Assembly: GCF_001194135.2 (NCBI RefSeq)
Contig: NC_068990.1
Span: forward strand, 59,013,233-59,073,562
Length of the DNA stretch: 60,330 nt
DNA from: Octopus bimaculoides
Taxonomy: Eukaryota
Reading direction: 5' to 3'
In this document: positions 24,801 to 38,399 of the stretch, one piece after another
Numbering within the stretch: position 1 is the first letter of the stretch
Layout of the letters: every line of letters begins with the position of its first letter
Translations under genes and position numbers: made by a program
Notes under the pieces: generated by a model
Databases searched by the model: none
Told to the model about the DNA's origin: nothing
The model's input: only the letters and a program-made list of their open reading frames with translations

Positions 24801-25127
24801 AATACATACATAGATATGCGACTGTGTGAGTGTGTGTGTGTATGTGTGTGTGTGTGTGTGTGTATGTGTGTGTGTGTGTGTATGTGTATGTGCGTGTACA
24901 ATGATGGATTTGAGGGTTTCGTTTATTTACGAGTTGATTTTTAATTTCACCGGAGTATAAATAACTATAATGGTGATACTTAAAAAAATATTATCCAGTT
25001 CAATTAAAAAGCATGGGTAAACAACGTATTGTAAGTCTCACTAAATCTTGCGAAAAAATTTATCTGCGCACAGGGTATGCATCACCCCCTCCCCGATGTC
25101 TCTTATTATTATTATTATTATTATTAA

Positions 25128-25176
<49 letters not shown>

Positions 25177-25177
25177 G

Positions 25178-25715
25178 AGTAAGACAGCAGCGCATGCCAT
25201 CAAATTGACACTGGGGTACAAATGTACGAAGCCCAAATACCCATCATGACTACCCGTCTGATAAGGGTACACCAGGCACATGCATCACAACCATATTGGC
25301 GCGACACAGTGATCTTATATCAAGATAAATAGCGCATGATTTTGAAGGTGGGGCCAAGTTAGAATTTTGTTCGAGTCGAGTAGCCAATCACGCTCAAAAG
25401 GTCCTTGAATAAGGGTTGTTTAAAAATGTTGAATGAAACACCCATAATTCCAGAGGTGAATTATTAAAACCCCAAAGAATTCCTCTCAACACATGACTAC
25501 TTCTGCACGTGATCAGAGATGCATATATCATCAACCTCTAAGGCACATGCTCAACTGGTGAAGGTCAAACAATTGACAAGCAAATCTGTGGTTCTGAGAA
25601 GAACATTTGCTGTAACCCATCTTTTACACCAAGACAAAACATGTACCTAATAAAACTTTCAATCAGTTAAGATCAAAAGCCATGAAAGCCAGTGCCTGGC
25701 ATTGCATCAGAGCGT
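25178..25715 (-). mobile_element. ~535-bp non-coding element between two (TAT)n arrays
   Basis: Complex sequence bounded by arrays at ~25102-25177 and 25716-25783. The retroposon status and the strand are inference. Confidence 0.45.
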
Positions 25716-25730
25716 TATTACTAATATTAC

Positions 25731-25784
<54 letters not shown>

Positions 25785-25796
25785 GTCAATGCTGCT

Positions 25797-26030
25797 GAGG
25801 TCGACTTTATCTTTCAACCTTTCCGGGTCGATGAAACAAGTACCAGTTGAATACTGGGGTCGATGTGATATTCAAATATCGTCTACCTGTTCCACTCGCA
25901 AGTCTTTGATTGGTCTGAGGTTATAATAAAAGACAGTTACTAAGGTGCCAAAAATGTAGTACTGAACCCAAGACCACATAGTTGGAAAGGAAGTTTTTTT
26001 AACTACACACCACCTCAGCGCAATGTGGCT
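25797..26030 (+). mobile_element. SINE N core plus inverted family A head (same composite as 16798)
   Basis: Same junction GTCGATGTGAT|ATT.AAATA.CGTC. Confidence 0.7.
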
Positions 26031-26084
26031 TACGTTGATGGTGGAGATTGTGAAGCAATAAATCTTCAAATTGGCCAATGAGAA

Positions 26085-27500
26085 GTGAAACATATTTAGA
26101 TATTTTATATTGGTACGAGGACAAAGAGGTATACGGAAAAAAAACTTGTTTTTATTTGAAGGAAACATTTGTTAAAATCTAACATATTGTATCTTAAATC
26201 ATTAGATTAGCAAATGTTTGCTAAAATTATTATATCCAGCGATGTGTGCCAACATCAGTTAAAGAACGACAAACGGAAGACAAATTATTTTAAGAACAGA
26301 TGATTGCTAACAAATTCAAACGAATATAATTTTAATTGATAAGCGTAAGAAAAAGTTTACAGCCTGACTTTTATAGCTTTTGATACATATGATAACCTAA
26401 GAGCGGTGAGCAGGCATTTCGTATGTCTGTTTTTACGCTCTAAGTTCAAATTTCACCGAGATAGACTTTTTTTTCATCCTTTCAGAGTCGATAAAATAAA
26501 TACCAGTTGAGTACCGAAGTCGATGTAATCGACTTATTCCCTGCCCCGAAATTGCTGGCCTTATTCCAAAATTTGAAACCGTTATTTATGATATACTTTA
26601 AGGCGACTAGCTAGCAGAATCATTAGCACACCGGGCAAAATGCTTAGAGGCATTTCGCTCGTCTTTACGTTCTGAGTTCAAATTTTGTCGACTTTGCTTT
26701 TTATTTTTTCGGGGTCGATGAAGTAAGTACCAATTGAAATCTGGGGGTCAATTTAATCTACTAATCTGTTCCCCGAAATTACCGGCTTAGTTCCAAAATT
26801 TGAAAGCCGATATTTATAATATCCATCATGGATTGATGGAAAAATTTATAGCTTGATGGGAAAATGTATTTAGACATTTTGCCGTGAAGAGTGCGTCCTT
26901 GTTTTCAGGTAACTTTTATAAAAAAAGAAAAAAGAACCCTTACATTTCCTTTCCGAAAAAAAAAATATTTAGTTTAACGATTAGATCCTGTGATGTGGGC
27001 TGACATCACATAACATATAACAACTTGGAATTAAATTATCTTAAGAAATGGAATTAAATTTGATTGTTACGTGATAGTCAAGTTCCTTAATGAATTAGGG
27101 AAATATTCTTGAAATCATGAACCAAACTGATTATCTTCTTTGCGAAAATCTTCAGAAAGAAATGACGGTGACAGTTTATCATTTCACCGATTAATAGTAT
27201 AAGTGGCATATGATATAAAATATTCTGATGTTCAAATAATACGTAATAGTAGTAATAAAATACAATATAATGAATGATAAAACAAAAAAATGATTTCTAT
27301 ACCGATCAGTAAGATTGATTAATTAAAAATTTGTTCAACTCACCATTCACGTTCTAAGTCCTTAGTAACATTTAAAATGTTTGTGGTTAAATTAATAGTT
27401 ATGTTTCAAAACATTTAGGGAAGAAAATAAACATTGACATTGAAAACATTGATTGTGATGTCATAGTTATTTTCCTTGGCGATTACGAAAATTATTTAAA
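26085..27500. repeat. Family Z copies (26085-26310, 26950-27180, 27430-27500)
   Basis: Shared motifs including TTGATTGT.A.GT.ATAGT. Confidence 0.5.
26395..26805 (+). mobile_element. SINE N doublet
   Basis: Two head-to-tail copies; the second is flanked by CCG.TATTTAT.ATAT repeats (~26579 and ~26806). Confidence 0.8.
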
Positions 27501-27599
27501 CGCTGCAGCTCAGAACAAGTTAAGATCACGCTATTATTCACTCTGGCTGATAAATATCTCGAGGAAAGAATAAAGGCTACAGCCCTTCAGTTGTATCTT

Positions 27600-28006
27600 T
27601 TATATGTTTCAGTCATTAGATTGTGGCAATGCTTGGACACCGCCTTGAAGAATTTTTAGTCGAATAAATCGACCCCAGTACTTTTTTTCAAGCCCGGTCA
27701 CTTTTACCGAACAGCTAAGTTATAGGGACGTAAACACACCAACACTGGTTGTCAAGCAGTGGGGGGGGGGGGAGAGGGGACAGACACACTCACACATACA
27801 TACACACACACACATACACAAACGCACATAGATATGCATAAATGACGGGCTTCTTTCAGTTTTCGTCTACCGAATCCACTCAATAGGCTTTGGTCAGCTC
27901 GAGGCTAAAATAGGAGACACTCACCCAAGGTGCCATGCAGTGGGACTGAACCCATTACCATGTGGTTGGGAAGCAAGCTTCTTACCACACAGCCACGCTT
28001 GCACCT
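27600..28006 (-). mobile_element. SINE family A, full length
   Basis: Reverse-complement head, core, internal (CA)n and tail. Confidence 0.9.
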
Positions 28007-28134
28007 ATTTTTTTTAGTTCTTGTCATTTAAAAAGCAAGAATGTTTTTTCTCTTCTAGTAATACAATTTTCTTCAGAATATATATTGGTATCACCGAAAT
28101 TCTTGTTTTATATATTTAGTCATTGAGGCATTGT

Positions 28135-28510
28135 GGAGGCGCAATGGCCCAGTGGTTAGGGCAGCGGAATCGCGGTCATAGGATCGCGGTTTCGATTCCC
28201 ACACCGGGTGTTGTGAGTGTTTATTGGGCGAAAACACCTAAAGCTCCGGCAGGGAATGGTGGCGAACCCTGCTGTACTCTTTCGCCACAACTTTTTCTCA
28301 CTCTATATTCCTGTTTCTGTTGTACCTGTAATTCAAAGGGCCAGCCTTGTCACACTATGTGTCACGCTGAATATCCCCGAGAACTATGTTAAGGGTACAC
28401 GTGTCTGAGGAGTGTTCAGCCACTTGCACGCTAATTTCACGAGCAGGCTGTTCCGTTGATCGGATCAACTGGAACCATCGACGTCGTAAGCGACGGAGTG
28501 CCAACAACAA
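28135..28510 (+). mobile_element. SINE family B, full length
   Basis: GGAGGCGCAATGGCCCAGTGGTTAGG head, (CAA)n tail; 14-bp TSD CATTGAGGCATTGT at 28121-28134 and 28511-28524. Confidence 0.95.
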
Positions 28511-28659
28511 CATTGAGGCATTGTAGTAGCTCTCTTTCACTGTATGGATAGTTACACACTGATGTGTATAATTAGAATGCGGTATATTGTTTAGTGGATT
28601 ACATTTGTGGAGAAGATGATGAATCAATTTATTTTTAAATAGAACTATGCGAAAGAAAT

Positions 28660-28905
28660 GTGGAGGCGCGTGGCTTAGTGTGTCAGCATCATGATCGTCA
28701 GATTGTGGTTTCGATTCCTGGACCGGGTGACGCGTTGTGTTCTTGAGCAAAGCACTTCATTTCACGTTGCTCCAGTCAACTCAGCTGGCAAAAATGAGTA
28801 ACGCTCCGATGGACTGGCGTCCCGTCCAGCTGGGGAACACATACGCCATTGAAACCGGGAAACCGGGCCCATGAGCCTGGATAGGCTTTAAAAGGGCGCA
28901 TTTAT
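28660..28905 (+). mobile_element. SINE family C with V-SINE-like central motif
   Basis: Head GGAGGCGCGTGGCTTAGTG, CORE-like TTCTTGAGCAAAGCACTTCATTTCAC, then CGATGGACTGGCGTCCCGTCCAG. Confidence 0.75.
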
Positions 28906-28934
28906 TATTATATTTTATGTGAAAGAAATATATA

Positions 28935-29335
28935 TAGGTGCATGCTTGGCTGTGTGCAGTAAGAAGCTTTATTTCGCAACCACATACTTCCAGGTTCAGT
29001 CCCACTGCATAATCCTTCGGGCAAGTGACTTGTACTGTATCCTTGGGCCGGCGAGAGCCTTGTGTGTTGATTTAGTTGGTGGAAATTGAAGGAAGCTCAT
29101 CGTATAATCATGTGTGTGCGCGTGTGTGTTTGTCCCAACCACCTGACAACCGGTGCTGGTTTGTTTACGTCCCGGAAACTTTGTGGCTCGACAAAACAGA
29201 CTAATAGAATAAGTGCCAGGCTTTAAAAAGAAAAAAAGTACTGAAGTCGATTCATTCAACTAAAACCCATTCAGGGCATTGCCCCAGCATGGCTGCAGTC
29301 TAATGACTGAGACAAGTCAAGAATACAGGATTAAA
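28935..29335 (+). mobile_element. SINE family A, full length
   Basis: Head, core, (TG)n and tail. Confidence 0.85.
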
Positions 29336-30059
29336 GAAGATTGGGCGGTCACAGTTGGAACTTCTGTGACATTAAATTTGTTCAATCAAGGAAGCACAGA
29401 ACTAAACAACAACAACAAAAGAAAATGACAAGACTTATCTAAAAAATATAAAAAAACAGTGCAACTAGACATAACGTGAAAGAGGTCCGAAGACTGATAT
29501 TTTCTACCAGATAAAAAGAAGGCAGTTCTGATATCCGTGCCTCTTTGAAGACTTTGAATGTGAAGCTGAATAAATATTATGACGTCAGCTTTCACTTTAT
29601 CATACTCTCTAGTTTTTGAATCATGATTCAAATTTGAGTATTTGTTTAACGGTGTAGTGTAAGCGTGTGGGGTTGGGTAAGGGACAATAGGAATGTAAGA
29701 GTTAGGTGGTGGGTGGCGCTTGTGGGTGTGGAGGTGGGCTGAAAAAGAAAAGAGTTGGAGAATTTAGACCGTTAGTGACCGAGATATGATGACAAAAGAT
29801 CAATTCCTGCTCCAAACGGATGGCCTTTGTGCGGCTTAGTAAATGAGATCGATATCAGGTTTAAAAAAAGGTACTAGAATCGATTCATTCGACTAAAAAT
29901 TCTTCAATGTATGGCCACAGTCTAATGACACAGTAAAAGATACAGAATTGTTAAAATCTACAATTACTTCATGTCTTACATCAGTTTATACTAACGATGA
30001 AAAAGGTGACTCAGCAAACGTTGATTGTGATGTCATGGTTATTGACGTTAACGAATTTG

Positions 30060-30285
30060 AGGAACATTCTTTCTAATTTTGGCACAAGGCCAACAGTTTT
30101 GAGGGGAGGAGTAAAGTAGATTACATCGACCCCAGTATTTGGCTGATAATATATTTCATCGAGTCGGAAAGGATGAAAAGTAAAGTCAATCCCGTAGAAT
30201 TTGAACTCAGAACATAAAGAGTCAGAGAAATTGCTGCTAACCATTTTGTCATACGTGATAATGATTCTGTCAAGCTCGCCGCCTG
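30060..30285 (-). mobile_element. SINE N inserted in a family Z copy
   Basis: Reverse-complement N sequence; flanks match Z (44630-44800). Confidence 0.8.
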
Positions 30286-30388
30286 GAATTGGAGGAATAT
30301 TATTTGAATCAAGAGAGAAATGCTGGAGAGTAGAGGCTAGTTTACAGCACAGCTGAGGTCAGGATCTTCGTTCCTTTTCGCTGCTAAT

Positions 30389-30767
30389 TGCTGTTGGCAC
30401 TCCGTCGCTTACGACGTCGAGGGTTCCAGTTGATCCGATCAACGGAACAGCCTGCTCGTGAAATTAACGTGCAAATGGCTGAGCATTCCACAGACACGTG
30501 TACCCTTAACGTAGCTCTCGGGGATATTCAGCGTGACACAGTGTGACAAGGCTTACCCTTTGAATTACAGGCACAACAGAAACAGGAAGCAAGAGAAAGT
30601 TGTGGTGAAAGAGTACAACAGGGTTCACCACCATCCCCTGCCGGCGCCTCGTGGAGCTTTAGGTGTTTTCGTTCAATAAACACTCACAACGCCCGGTGTG
30701 GGAATCGAAACCGCGATCCTATAACCGCGAGTCCGCTGCCCTAACCACTGGGCCATTGCGCCTCCAC
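30389..30767 (-). mobile_element. SINE family B, full length
   Basis: 13-bp TSD TTTCGCTGCTAAT at 30376-30388 and 30768-30780. Confidence 0.95.
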
Positions 30768-33049
30768 TTTCGCTGCTAATAACATGGGAAAAAGATGACG
30801 ATCACAACCTTTCCGTCACAAATGTTGATCTATAAATACTATCTAGGATGGAGAATGATGCTTCTATATATTCTATTATTTGAAGAATTGTAAAGTAGAA
30901 GCTTAAGGTGATGGGGATAATTATGTAGTGAGTAGCATAATTTAGGTTATTTATTAATGAGCGGTGGGCTCAAGTGACAGATACTCCGGAGGCTAGAAGG
31001 ATTGCTGTGTTGAGTAGGGGAATTTGGAATGGGTTTCATGAGAACATATAGATTGGTGGTCAACATGAGCCAATATCTATATTGGGTGTTAAACTTCCGT
31101 GAAAATATGCCCCCCACCCTCACAAAAAAGTGAAAAATAAACATACTTCTGATATAATAAATGATATTATTCCTATCGGAGTCCATTATAAATTGTAGAT
31201 GTGTGAAAGCCTTGAATCACGATCACAAACTTCAATTTCAGACTTCATTCCTTTAATAAAACAAATATTTGTCGGAGTTTCGGAATAGCTGATCCACATA
31301 CGCTGGATTTTCTCCGTTTTCACAGGGACTTTACAAATGTTTTTTTTTTTTTTTTTTTTNNNNNNNNNNNNNNNNNNNNNNNNNNNNNNNNNNNNNNNNN
31401 NNNNNNNNNNNNNNNNNNNNNNNNNNNNNNNNNNNNNNNNNNNNNNNNNNNNNNNNNNNNNNNNNNNNNNNNNNNNNNNNNNNNNNNNNNNNNNNNNNNN
31501 NNNNNNNNNNNNNNNNNNNNNNNNNNNNNNNNNNNNNNNNNNNNNNNNNNNNNNNNNNNNNNNNNNNNNNNNNNNNNNNNNNNNNNNNNNNNNNNNNNNN
31601 NNNNNNNNNNNNNNNNNNNNNNNNNNNNNNNNNNNNNNNNNNNNNNNNNNNNNNNNNNNNNNNNNNNNNNNNNNNNNNNNNNNNNNNNNNNNNNNNNNNN
31701 NNNNNNNNNNNNNNNNNNNNNNNNNNNNNNNNNNNNNNNNNNNNNNNNNNNNNNNNNNNNNNNNNNNNNNNNNNNNNNNNNNNNNNNNNNNNNNNNNNNN
31801 NNNNNNNNNNNNNNNNNNNNNNNNNNNNNNNNNNNNNNNNNNNNNNNNNNNNNNNNNNNNNNNNNNNNNNNNNNNNNNNNNNNNNNNNNNNNNNNNNNNN
31901 NNNNNNNNNNNNNNNNNNNNNNNNNNNNNNNNNNNNNNNNNNNNNNNNNNNNNNNNNNNNNNNNNNNNNNNNNNNNNNNNNNNNNNNNNNNNNNNNNNNN
32001 NNNNNNNNNNNNNNNNNNNNNNNNNNNNNNNNNNNNNNNNNNNNNNNNNNNNNNNNNNNNNNNNNNCCCCCACCTTTTTTTCTTTTTCGAAATCACGAGC
32101 AAAAATACTCGATTGTTTCAGGCTGATATTTAGAGATCCTCAAGTGTTCAACTGCCTACCTAAAGGAATAAAAATATAAAAATAATCTCTTGTGAAAAAA
32201 AAAAAAAAAGAAAAAAAACATGGGATAAATAACACCCACTGCAAGTCATTTATAGGAAGTCTCCTGCATGAAGGTCTATTTCATTAGCAGGAAAAGTGGA
32301 TTTTCTTCATTTGAAAATAGTACCCACTTCTTTATTCAAATAACTGAAGAACAATTTAGATACGGCAAGTTTTTCTGAAATTAGGTCGAATACAGAGTAA
32401 ACATACTTCCACTATTATCTCAAATTCATTTACGCTTTGTGTTGAACGGAAAAAATTTAAGAACACATCTATAATTTTTGCCAGAAAAAAATTATTAACG
32501 GTTGATGAGTGGTTATGAAATTTTTTGGCTAATTTCTTTTTGCTCTAAGAGTGCGGATTACATGTTTCAGTATATGGAATATTATATGAGGGAGTTGGGG
32601 AATTTTGAATGATGAAGGTTGTCGTGAAGGCACTAGGTGGGGAGAAGAGGGGAGGCACGTTCCGAAATCATGGGTCTCTAAAATTTTTTTTTGTTTTTCA
32701 AAAAAAAGCTTACTCCATCGTTTTGAAGTGCAAAAATGAATAAATAAATAAAGAATATCGAATAATCCGTCGTGATGGCAACAAAAGAAGTGGGGGACGA
32801 CTTTCCAAAATCATTGGTTTCCGAATTCTTTTCTTTTTTTCTTTTTTAGAAAAAGCTCATCCTTTCGAAGTGCGTGGTGCAAAAGCAGATTTGAAAAATC
32901 TCTGTGTAAACGAACAAGCTCGAACTTATGTGGATCAGTTATTCGGAAATTCTGTCGAAAATGTTTTCTGTTTGATGCAGAGTATATTGACAGAATTCTT
33001 TTCTTAGATATTTCAATAATTGCAGCTACAAAATTTTGTTAATATTTAA

Positions 33050-33230
33050 TGTCGCTTTCAGAATATCGTATTTGGATGTTTTACTACCATAATATACGAG
33101 AATTTTACACATGTATCCCAACTTCTCTTTTCATCGTAATTAAAATCTCCGGTTACATGTTATTACGAGAAATCATTATTCCAGTGTGAATTGATTGAAC
33201 GGTCGTTCGTGTAACGTCAGTTTTAATCAA
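33050..33230. repeat. Old interspersed repeat (family Y); second copy at ~44930-45110
   Basis: GATGTTTTACT..CAT..AATACGAGAATTTTAC...AATTAAAATCTC.GGTTACATGTT.TTA.GAGAAATC shared by both copies. Confidence 0.65.
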
Positions 33231-33389
33231 ACAGAGAGGTCCATGCAACCTATGTGATCAATGGAAAGACTAGGAACGATGCACAGATTTATCATAAGCG
33301 CCTCATAGCTGAGAATCACAGTGGATACAATGATATACATAATTCATCGTAAATGGTTTGAATATCAGTGTACGCAGGTAATATCTTTT

Positions 33390-33592
33390 CATCTATAGGC
33401 ATAAGGCTTGATCAAATTGTCGGAGAGGGTTAGTCGATTATATCGGCCCCAGTATTTACTGGTAGTTATTTTATCGACTCCGAAAAGATGAAAAGTAAAG
33501 TCAACAGCATTTGAACTCGGAACGTAAAGCCGAAAGAAAAGCGACTAAGCATTTTCCCAGCGCGGTAACCCTTCTGCCAGTTCACCGCCTTA
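33390..33592 (-). mobile_element. SINE N
   Basis: Reverse-complement match. Confidence 0.8.
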
Positions 33593-33759
33593 GTCTGGAC
33601 ATGTAATATCAACAGTATTCAGTCTCTAACTATATTTCTGTTGTTGCTATTGTTTAGCGAAAGACGACCCTGATTGAGCTGTGATAAAAGATAACCTAAT
33701 CACAAATATTCCGCCCATGTCTTGGTTATTTACTTTACAATATGTATTCGTTCTGTAAA

Positions 33760-34205
33760 GGCGGTGAGCTGGCAGAATCGTTAGCACGCTGGGCAAAATG
33801 CTTAGCGACATTGCATCCGTCTTTACATTGTACGTTCAAATTTCATCGAGATTGACTTTGCTTTCATAGTCGATAAAATAAGTACCAGTTGAGCACAAGG
33901 GTCGATGTAATTGAGATACCCACTAACTCGAAATTGCTGACCGTGTGCCAAATTTGAAACCATTATTCTTGGTGGTGGAGATGGTTAGGCGACGAGCTGG
34001 CAGATTCGCTAGCACGTCGGACAAAATGCTTAGTAGCAATTCTTCCGGTTCCTTACGTTCTGAGCTCAAATTCCGCTGAGGTAGATTTTGCCTTTTATCC
34101 TTTCCTGGAGGATAGAATAAGTATCAATTGAGCATTGGTGATGATGTAATCGGTTAGCTCTCCCCCAAACTTTCAGGTCTTGTACCTATAGTAGAAAGAA
34201 TTATT
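33760..34205 (+). mobile_element. SINE N doublet with different tail types
   Basis: Copies at ~33760-33962 and ~33988-34205. Confidence 0.85.
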
Positions 34206-36049
34206 ATTGGTAATAGTGGTGGTAATGTTAAAACAGTCAGCTATTGAACGGTAAATAAGAAATGAAATATATGTAGCTTTCTTACATGGTATTTGTCTTA
34301 GACCTATAGTGAGAAAAAAATTTACGGAAAGACCTTATAAAAATTCACTGAATGACATATATTCATGAGCAAAAGTTGATTTTACTAATTAGATCTATCG
34401 ATATGTGTTCTAACATGACTTAACCTAAAACAAATTTGGAAATAAACTCTTTCAAAAAATGGAACAAAACTTGAAACGTTGATTGTTACGTCATAGTTAT
34501 TTTCTTTGATATATTTTAAATCATGGACCAAACGTTCTCCAACAGTAAAAAAAAATAGTGGTACATAAAATATATTAGGTCTAATATGGATTATAGCAAC
34601 TCTACCTAGACTCCTAATCTCTCTGCAAAACAATCAGCAATAAACTATCCAACTCTAAGACGGAACAACCCAGTTTGGATCGTTATAAGTTTTACTCCCA
34701 ACCATCAAAGGACCACGTGGTACACAACAAAACAAAGAAAATATAAAACATCTGGAGATGCGAAGGTCACATTCTCTTTCTGCAGCAAGCTTAAATCCTT
34801 GTGGTCCCTGTCGCAACATATACAATCAACTAGTAATATCCAGACAGCGGTAAGAAACTCTGAAGGGAGCTGAACAACAGATCTTCAGAGAAGAATTCCC
34901 ACTCAGGCAAGTGTTTTGGCCCTTAACTTCTTACACTCTAAGGGGGCTGGGCAGCATCCAGGTCATGACTCTTAGGAGCTCTTCTGCTGACACTTCTTAA
35001 TCCACTTGGATAACGGAGACTTGTGCATAGATTTCACTTAGTTGGAACTCCTCTCCGTAGACTCAACTTTCAAACTTATACTTAACTAGCTTAAAAGCCG
35101 CACTCAGTGCGGACTATGAAGCGAGCTCCTGTAGAGGGCTAATTGGGCCTGCTGCCCAAAACTAAAGAGATCTAAATAACGTGATTATGATATGTCTATA
35201 ATGACTATATACCCCGGTGGTATTTGATCAGAGGTTAAGGACGGATGAGAATTAATTTTGTAACGCAGTCGTTCTATTGCTCCAGTCCCAAGTTGAATTC
35301 CAACAGTTGGCCAATTTCTCCCAAAGTTCTTATCTTGACGTAAAATTAACGAAACGAATGTCATTTATCTCCCCCTTGATCTCTGACGTCATCTGACAAA
35401 CGTCAACCAAGATGGCGTGAATCAGCTAAGCTTTACCTGCTAGAAATAGCAACCCGAATACTTTTAAATCAGATCCCAATACTGAATGTTCAAGAACTAA
35501 ATGAAGGGCAGATTTTCAATCCCGGGATCATTCTGATTCCAAAAAGGTAGAACAAATGTAGACTAAGATACAGGATTCCAGGTAGACAGAATTTCGCTCT
35601 TGTTATTACAGAAGAAATTACGTTGGTTGCCATGGTAGCAATGAAGCGTCAACACTACCACAATGACTCACTCAGAGTTACGTACCTTAGCATTAAAATC
35701 CAAAAGTAATGCCTTCAAACAACGGACACTATCCTAAAATATTTGTTCCCTCTTTTCAGTCCAGAAACATGTATAATACACACATAATGTCAAACATAAA
35801 CAGTAATATTAATAGCCACATTAGTCTCAAAGGTTGCACTGTGATACATAACAAGCACCAATAATATCTTTAGAGAAGGGTTAGGGTTCACGTTGCCTAC
35901 CTCCTCTGAGACAACCACCAATATGTACAAAACGTATATAAATTGACTGGATAATAGAGGATGTATATTGAGGACCCTATACGATTTAATACGGGGCATT
36001 CCTCCTATACATGTGTGTGTGTGTGTGTGTGTGTCCCCCTCGATTTGTA

Positions 36050-36360
36050 GCCTCATAACTTCTAGAACAATGGATATCTTTTATCGAAATTTTCTACAAA
36101 CGCGCTTCAGATTCTGATTATATCGGAATATGTAGCGAAAAAGTTTTCTGAAGGTGGAGTGAGGAGTTTGGGAAAATTCACACGGGACGGGTTTCTTTAC
36201 TCATAACTTTCAGAAAAATGGGTTATTTTTTTAATGAAATTTTCTATACATACCTTTCAGAATGTGTAGATTACGACGGTATCGGAATTCAATATGAAAA
36301 AAAAAAAAAACATGATGGATTCGTACACATACATATTGACACACGTCACATACCTATATT
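36050..36360. mobile_element. Family F foldback element, single arm
   Basis: Aligns to 1035-1320. Confidence 0.7.
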
Positions 36361-36529
36361 AAAAGCATTATTCGTTTTATTATATATATATATTTTCAGT
36401 TCAGGTGCACCGTTTCAATTCAAAGCTTTTGTACATTATTCTATTTTATGCTTCATAACTTCACCATTTGGGTAAATTTTTACTATTACATCCGTCTCAG
36501 TTTGAGGAGGTTCTTTACCCAAAGGACGA

Positions 36530-36890
36530 ATGATTTCCGAGTGCTTCGATGGTCAGATTCCTTCAAAACACACCCTTCATCCTTCTGGTGTCAATAAAAT
36601 AAAGTGCCAATCACTTAAGTACTGGGGGTCAATGTAATCAATTGATACCCTCACGCGTTAAAATTATTGGCCCTGTGCCGTAATTAGAAACTATTATTAT
36701 AGCATCGATTAAGGGGAAGAGCTGGTAGAATCGTTAGCATACCGGACTAAATGCTGCTAAGAATTTTTCCATCGTTACGTTTTGAGGTCGATTTTGCCTT
36801 TCATTCTTTCGGGTTCGATAGAATAAGTAATCGACATACCTTCACCTCAAAAATTTGCTGCTCCTTTGCCAAAACTTGAACCAATTATTA
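36530..36890 (+). mobile_element. SINE N doublet
   Basis: Two decayed copies; the second is flanked by ATTATTATAGCA repeats. Confidence 0.75.
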
Positions 36891-37032
36891 TAGCACTCAT
36901 TAAAACGATTTCACAATCGACTTAGCATAATTTTAAGAAATCCGTAAAATTTTATTCCGGATTAATTAAAATTTTGTAATGCTCATTTCTTGTGATATCC
37001 ATCTCTGAACGCTTTGACGGTGAAGGTGAAGA

Positions 37033-37336
37033 TGAAGAAAAACGGCAGTTTCAGCTTGCTCTTCAGCTTACAATACACTCCTAAATTCTTCTAATTCATT
37101 AAAATTGCTTAATAAAACAATGACCTTCGCTTGCAATGAGAGATTGCTTGTGGGGTCATATATTACACTTTTGTGGTTTATTTCAGGCGGCTATGCTGTC
37201 GTGAGCTGATACATGTACAAGCCATCCCTCATTGCGAGGTGAAGGTTATTATTTTATTAGTCAGTTTTAATGAATTAGAAGAATTTAGGAGTGTATAGTA
37301 AGCTGAAGAGCAAGCTGAAATTGCTGTTTTTCTTCA
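37033..37336. repeat. Inverted repeat, ~119-bp arms, 65-nt spacer
   Basis: 37033-37151 vs reverse complement of 37217-37336, roughly 88% identical by eye. Confidence 0.9.
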
Positions 37337-37948
37337 ACTTTTCCGTTACAGTTTCCAGAAATGAATACAAGTACAATCTCAGCCCTCCACTCTGAAATAG
37401 CCTCTAAATCGCCAAACTTTCTCTCTCTCTCTCTCTCTTCTCCNNNNNNNNNNNNNNNNNNNNNNNNNNNNNNNNNNNNNNNNNNNNNNNNNNNNNNNNN
37501 NNNNNNNNNNNNNNNNNNNNNNNNNNNNNNNNNNNNNNNNNNNNNNNNNNNNNNNNNNNNNNNNNNNNNNNNNNNNNNNNNNNNNNNNNNNNNNNNNNNN
37601 NNNNNNNNNNNNNNNNNNNNNNNNNNNNNNNNNNNNNNNNNNNNNNNNNNNNNNNNNNNNNNNNNNNNNNNNNNNNNNNNNNNNNNNNNNNNNNNNNNNN
37701 NNNNNNNNNNNNNNNNNNNNNNNNNNNNNNNNNNNNNNNNNNNNNNNNNNNNNNNNNNNNNNNNNNNNNNNNNNNNNNNNNNNNNNNNNNNNNNNNNNNN
37801 NNNNNNNNNNNNNNNNNNNNNNNNNNNNNNNNNNNNNNNNNNNNNNNNNNNNNNNNNNNNNNNNNNNNNNNNNNNNNNNNNNNNNNNNNNNNNNNNNNNN
37901 NNNNNNNNNNNNNNNNNNNNNNNNNNNNNNNNNNNNNNNNNNNNNNNN

Positions 37949-37983
<35 letters not shown>

Positions 37984-38399
37984 AGCTTCTCATTGACCTA
38001 TTTGATAAATAGTTGCTCCAACATCAACACGGCTGCCATCATCACTTCCACAGTAGTCTTCTCATTATGCTTATTAATGAGTACATATACAATGTGATCA
38101 TTGATATAAAATACAGCCGTCAAATTACCTCATTAAAAGTGAATTAATAAATATATAAAATGAGATCACACACGTCAACAGAAAATTTAATGCAAATTCT
38201 TGAATATTAAAATTCTAAAAACCATAATGTTTCATACTCTAAACATGTTTAACCGAAATTATAGGAATCTATTAAAACCATAGTATAAATGAATTCAGCG
38301 CTAAGCAGAAATAAAAATTAAACAATCGAACATGAAATTAATATTTAAAGACAATCAATAATGAATTATGCGAATCACGCGAACGTTAAGTAAAATATA

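Noticed and set aside
28135-28210. tRNA-like sequences at SINE heads (also 30690-30767, 45297-45370, 52873-52960)
   Set aside because: A/B-box-like heads continue into SINE bodies with TSDs and lack complete cloverleaf acceptor stems, so they are not tRNA genes
32110-32180. FRDPQVFNCLPKGIK, reminiscent of a CR1/L2-type LINE 3' end
   Set aside because: Too short (about 15 codons) and next to a gap to call
32640-32890. Two imperfect ~140-bp direct repeats
   Set aside because: Similarity rests largely on T/A runs; cannot be supported without alignment statistics
34640-35260. Relatively GC-richer unexplained stretch
   Set aside because: No ORF, repeat structure or second copy that I could identify; left unannotated
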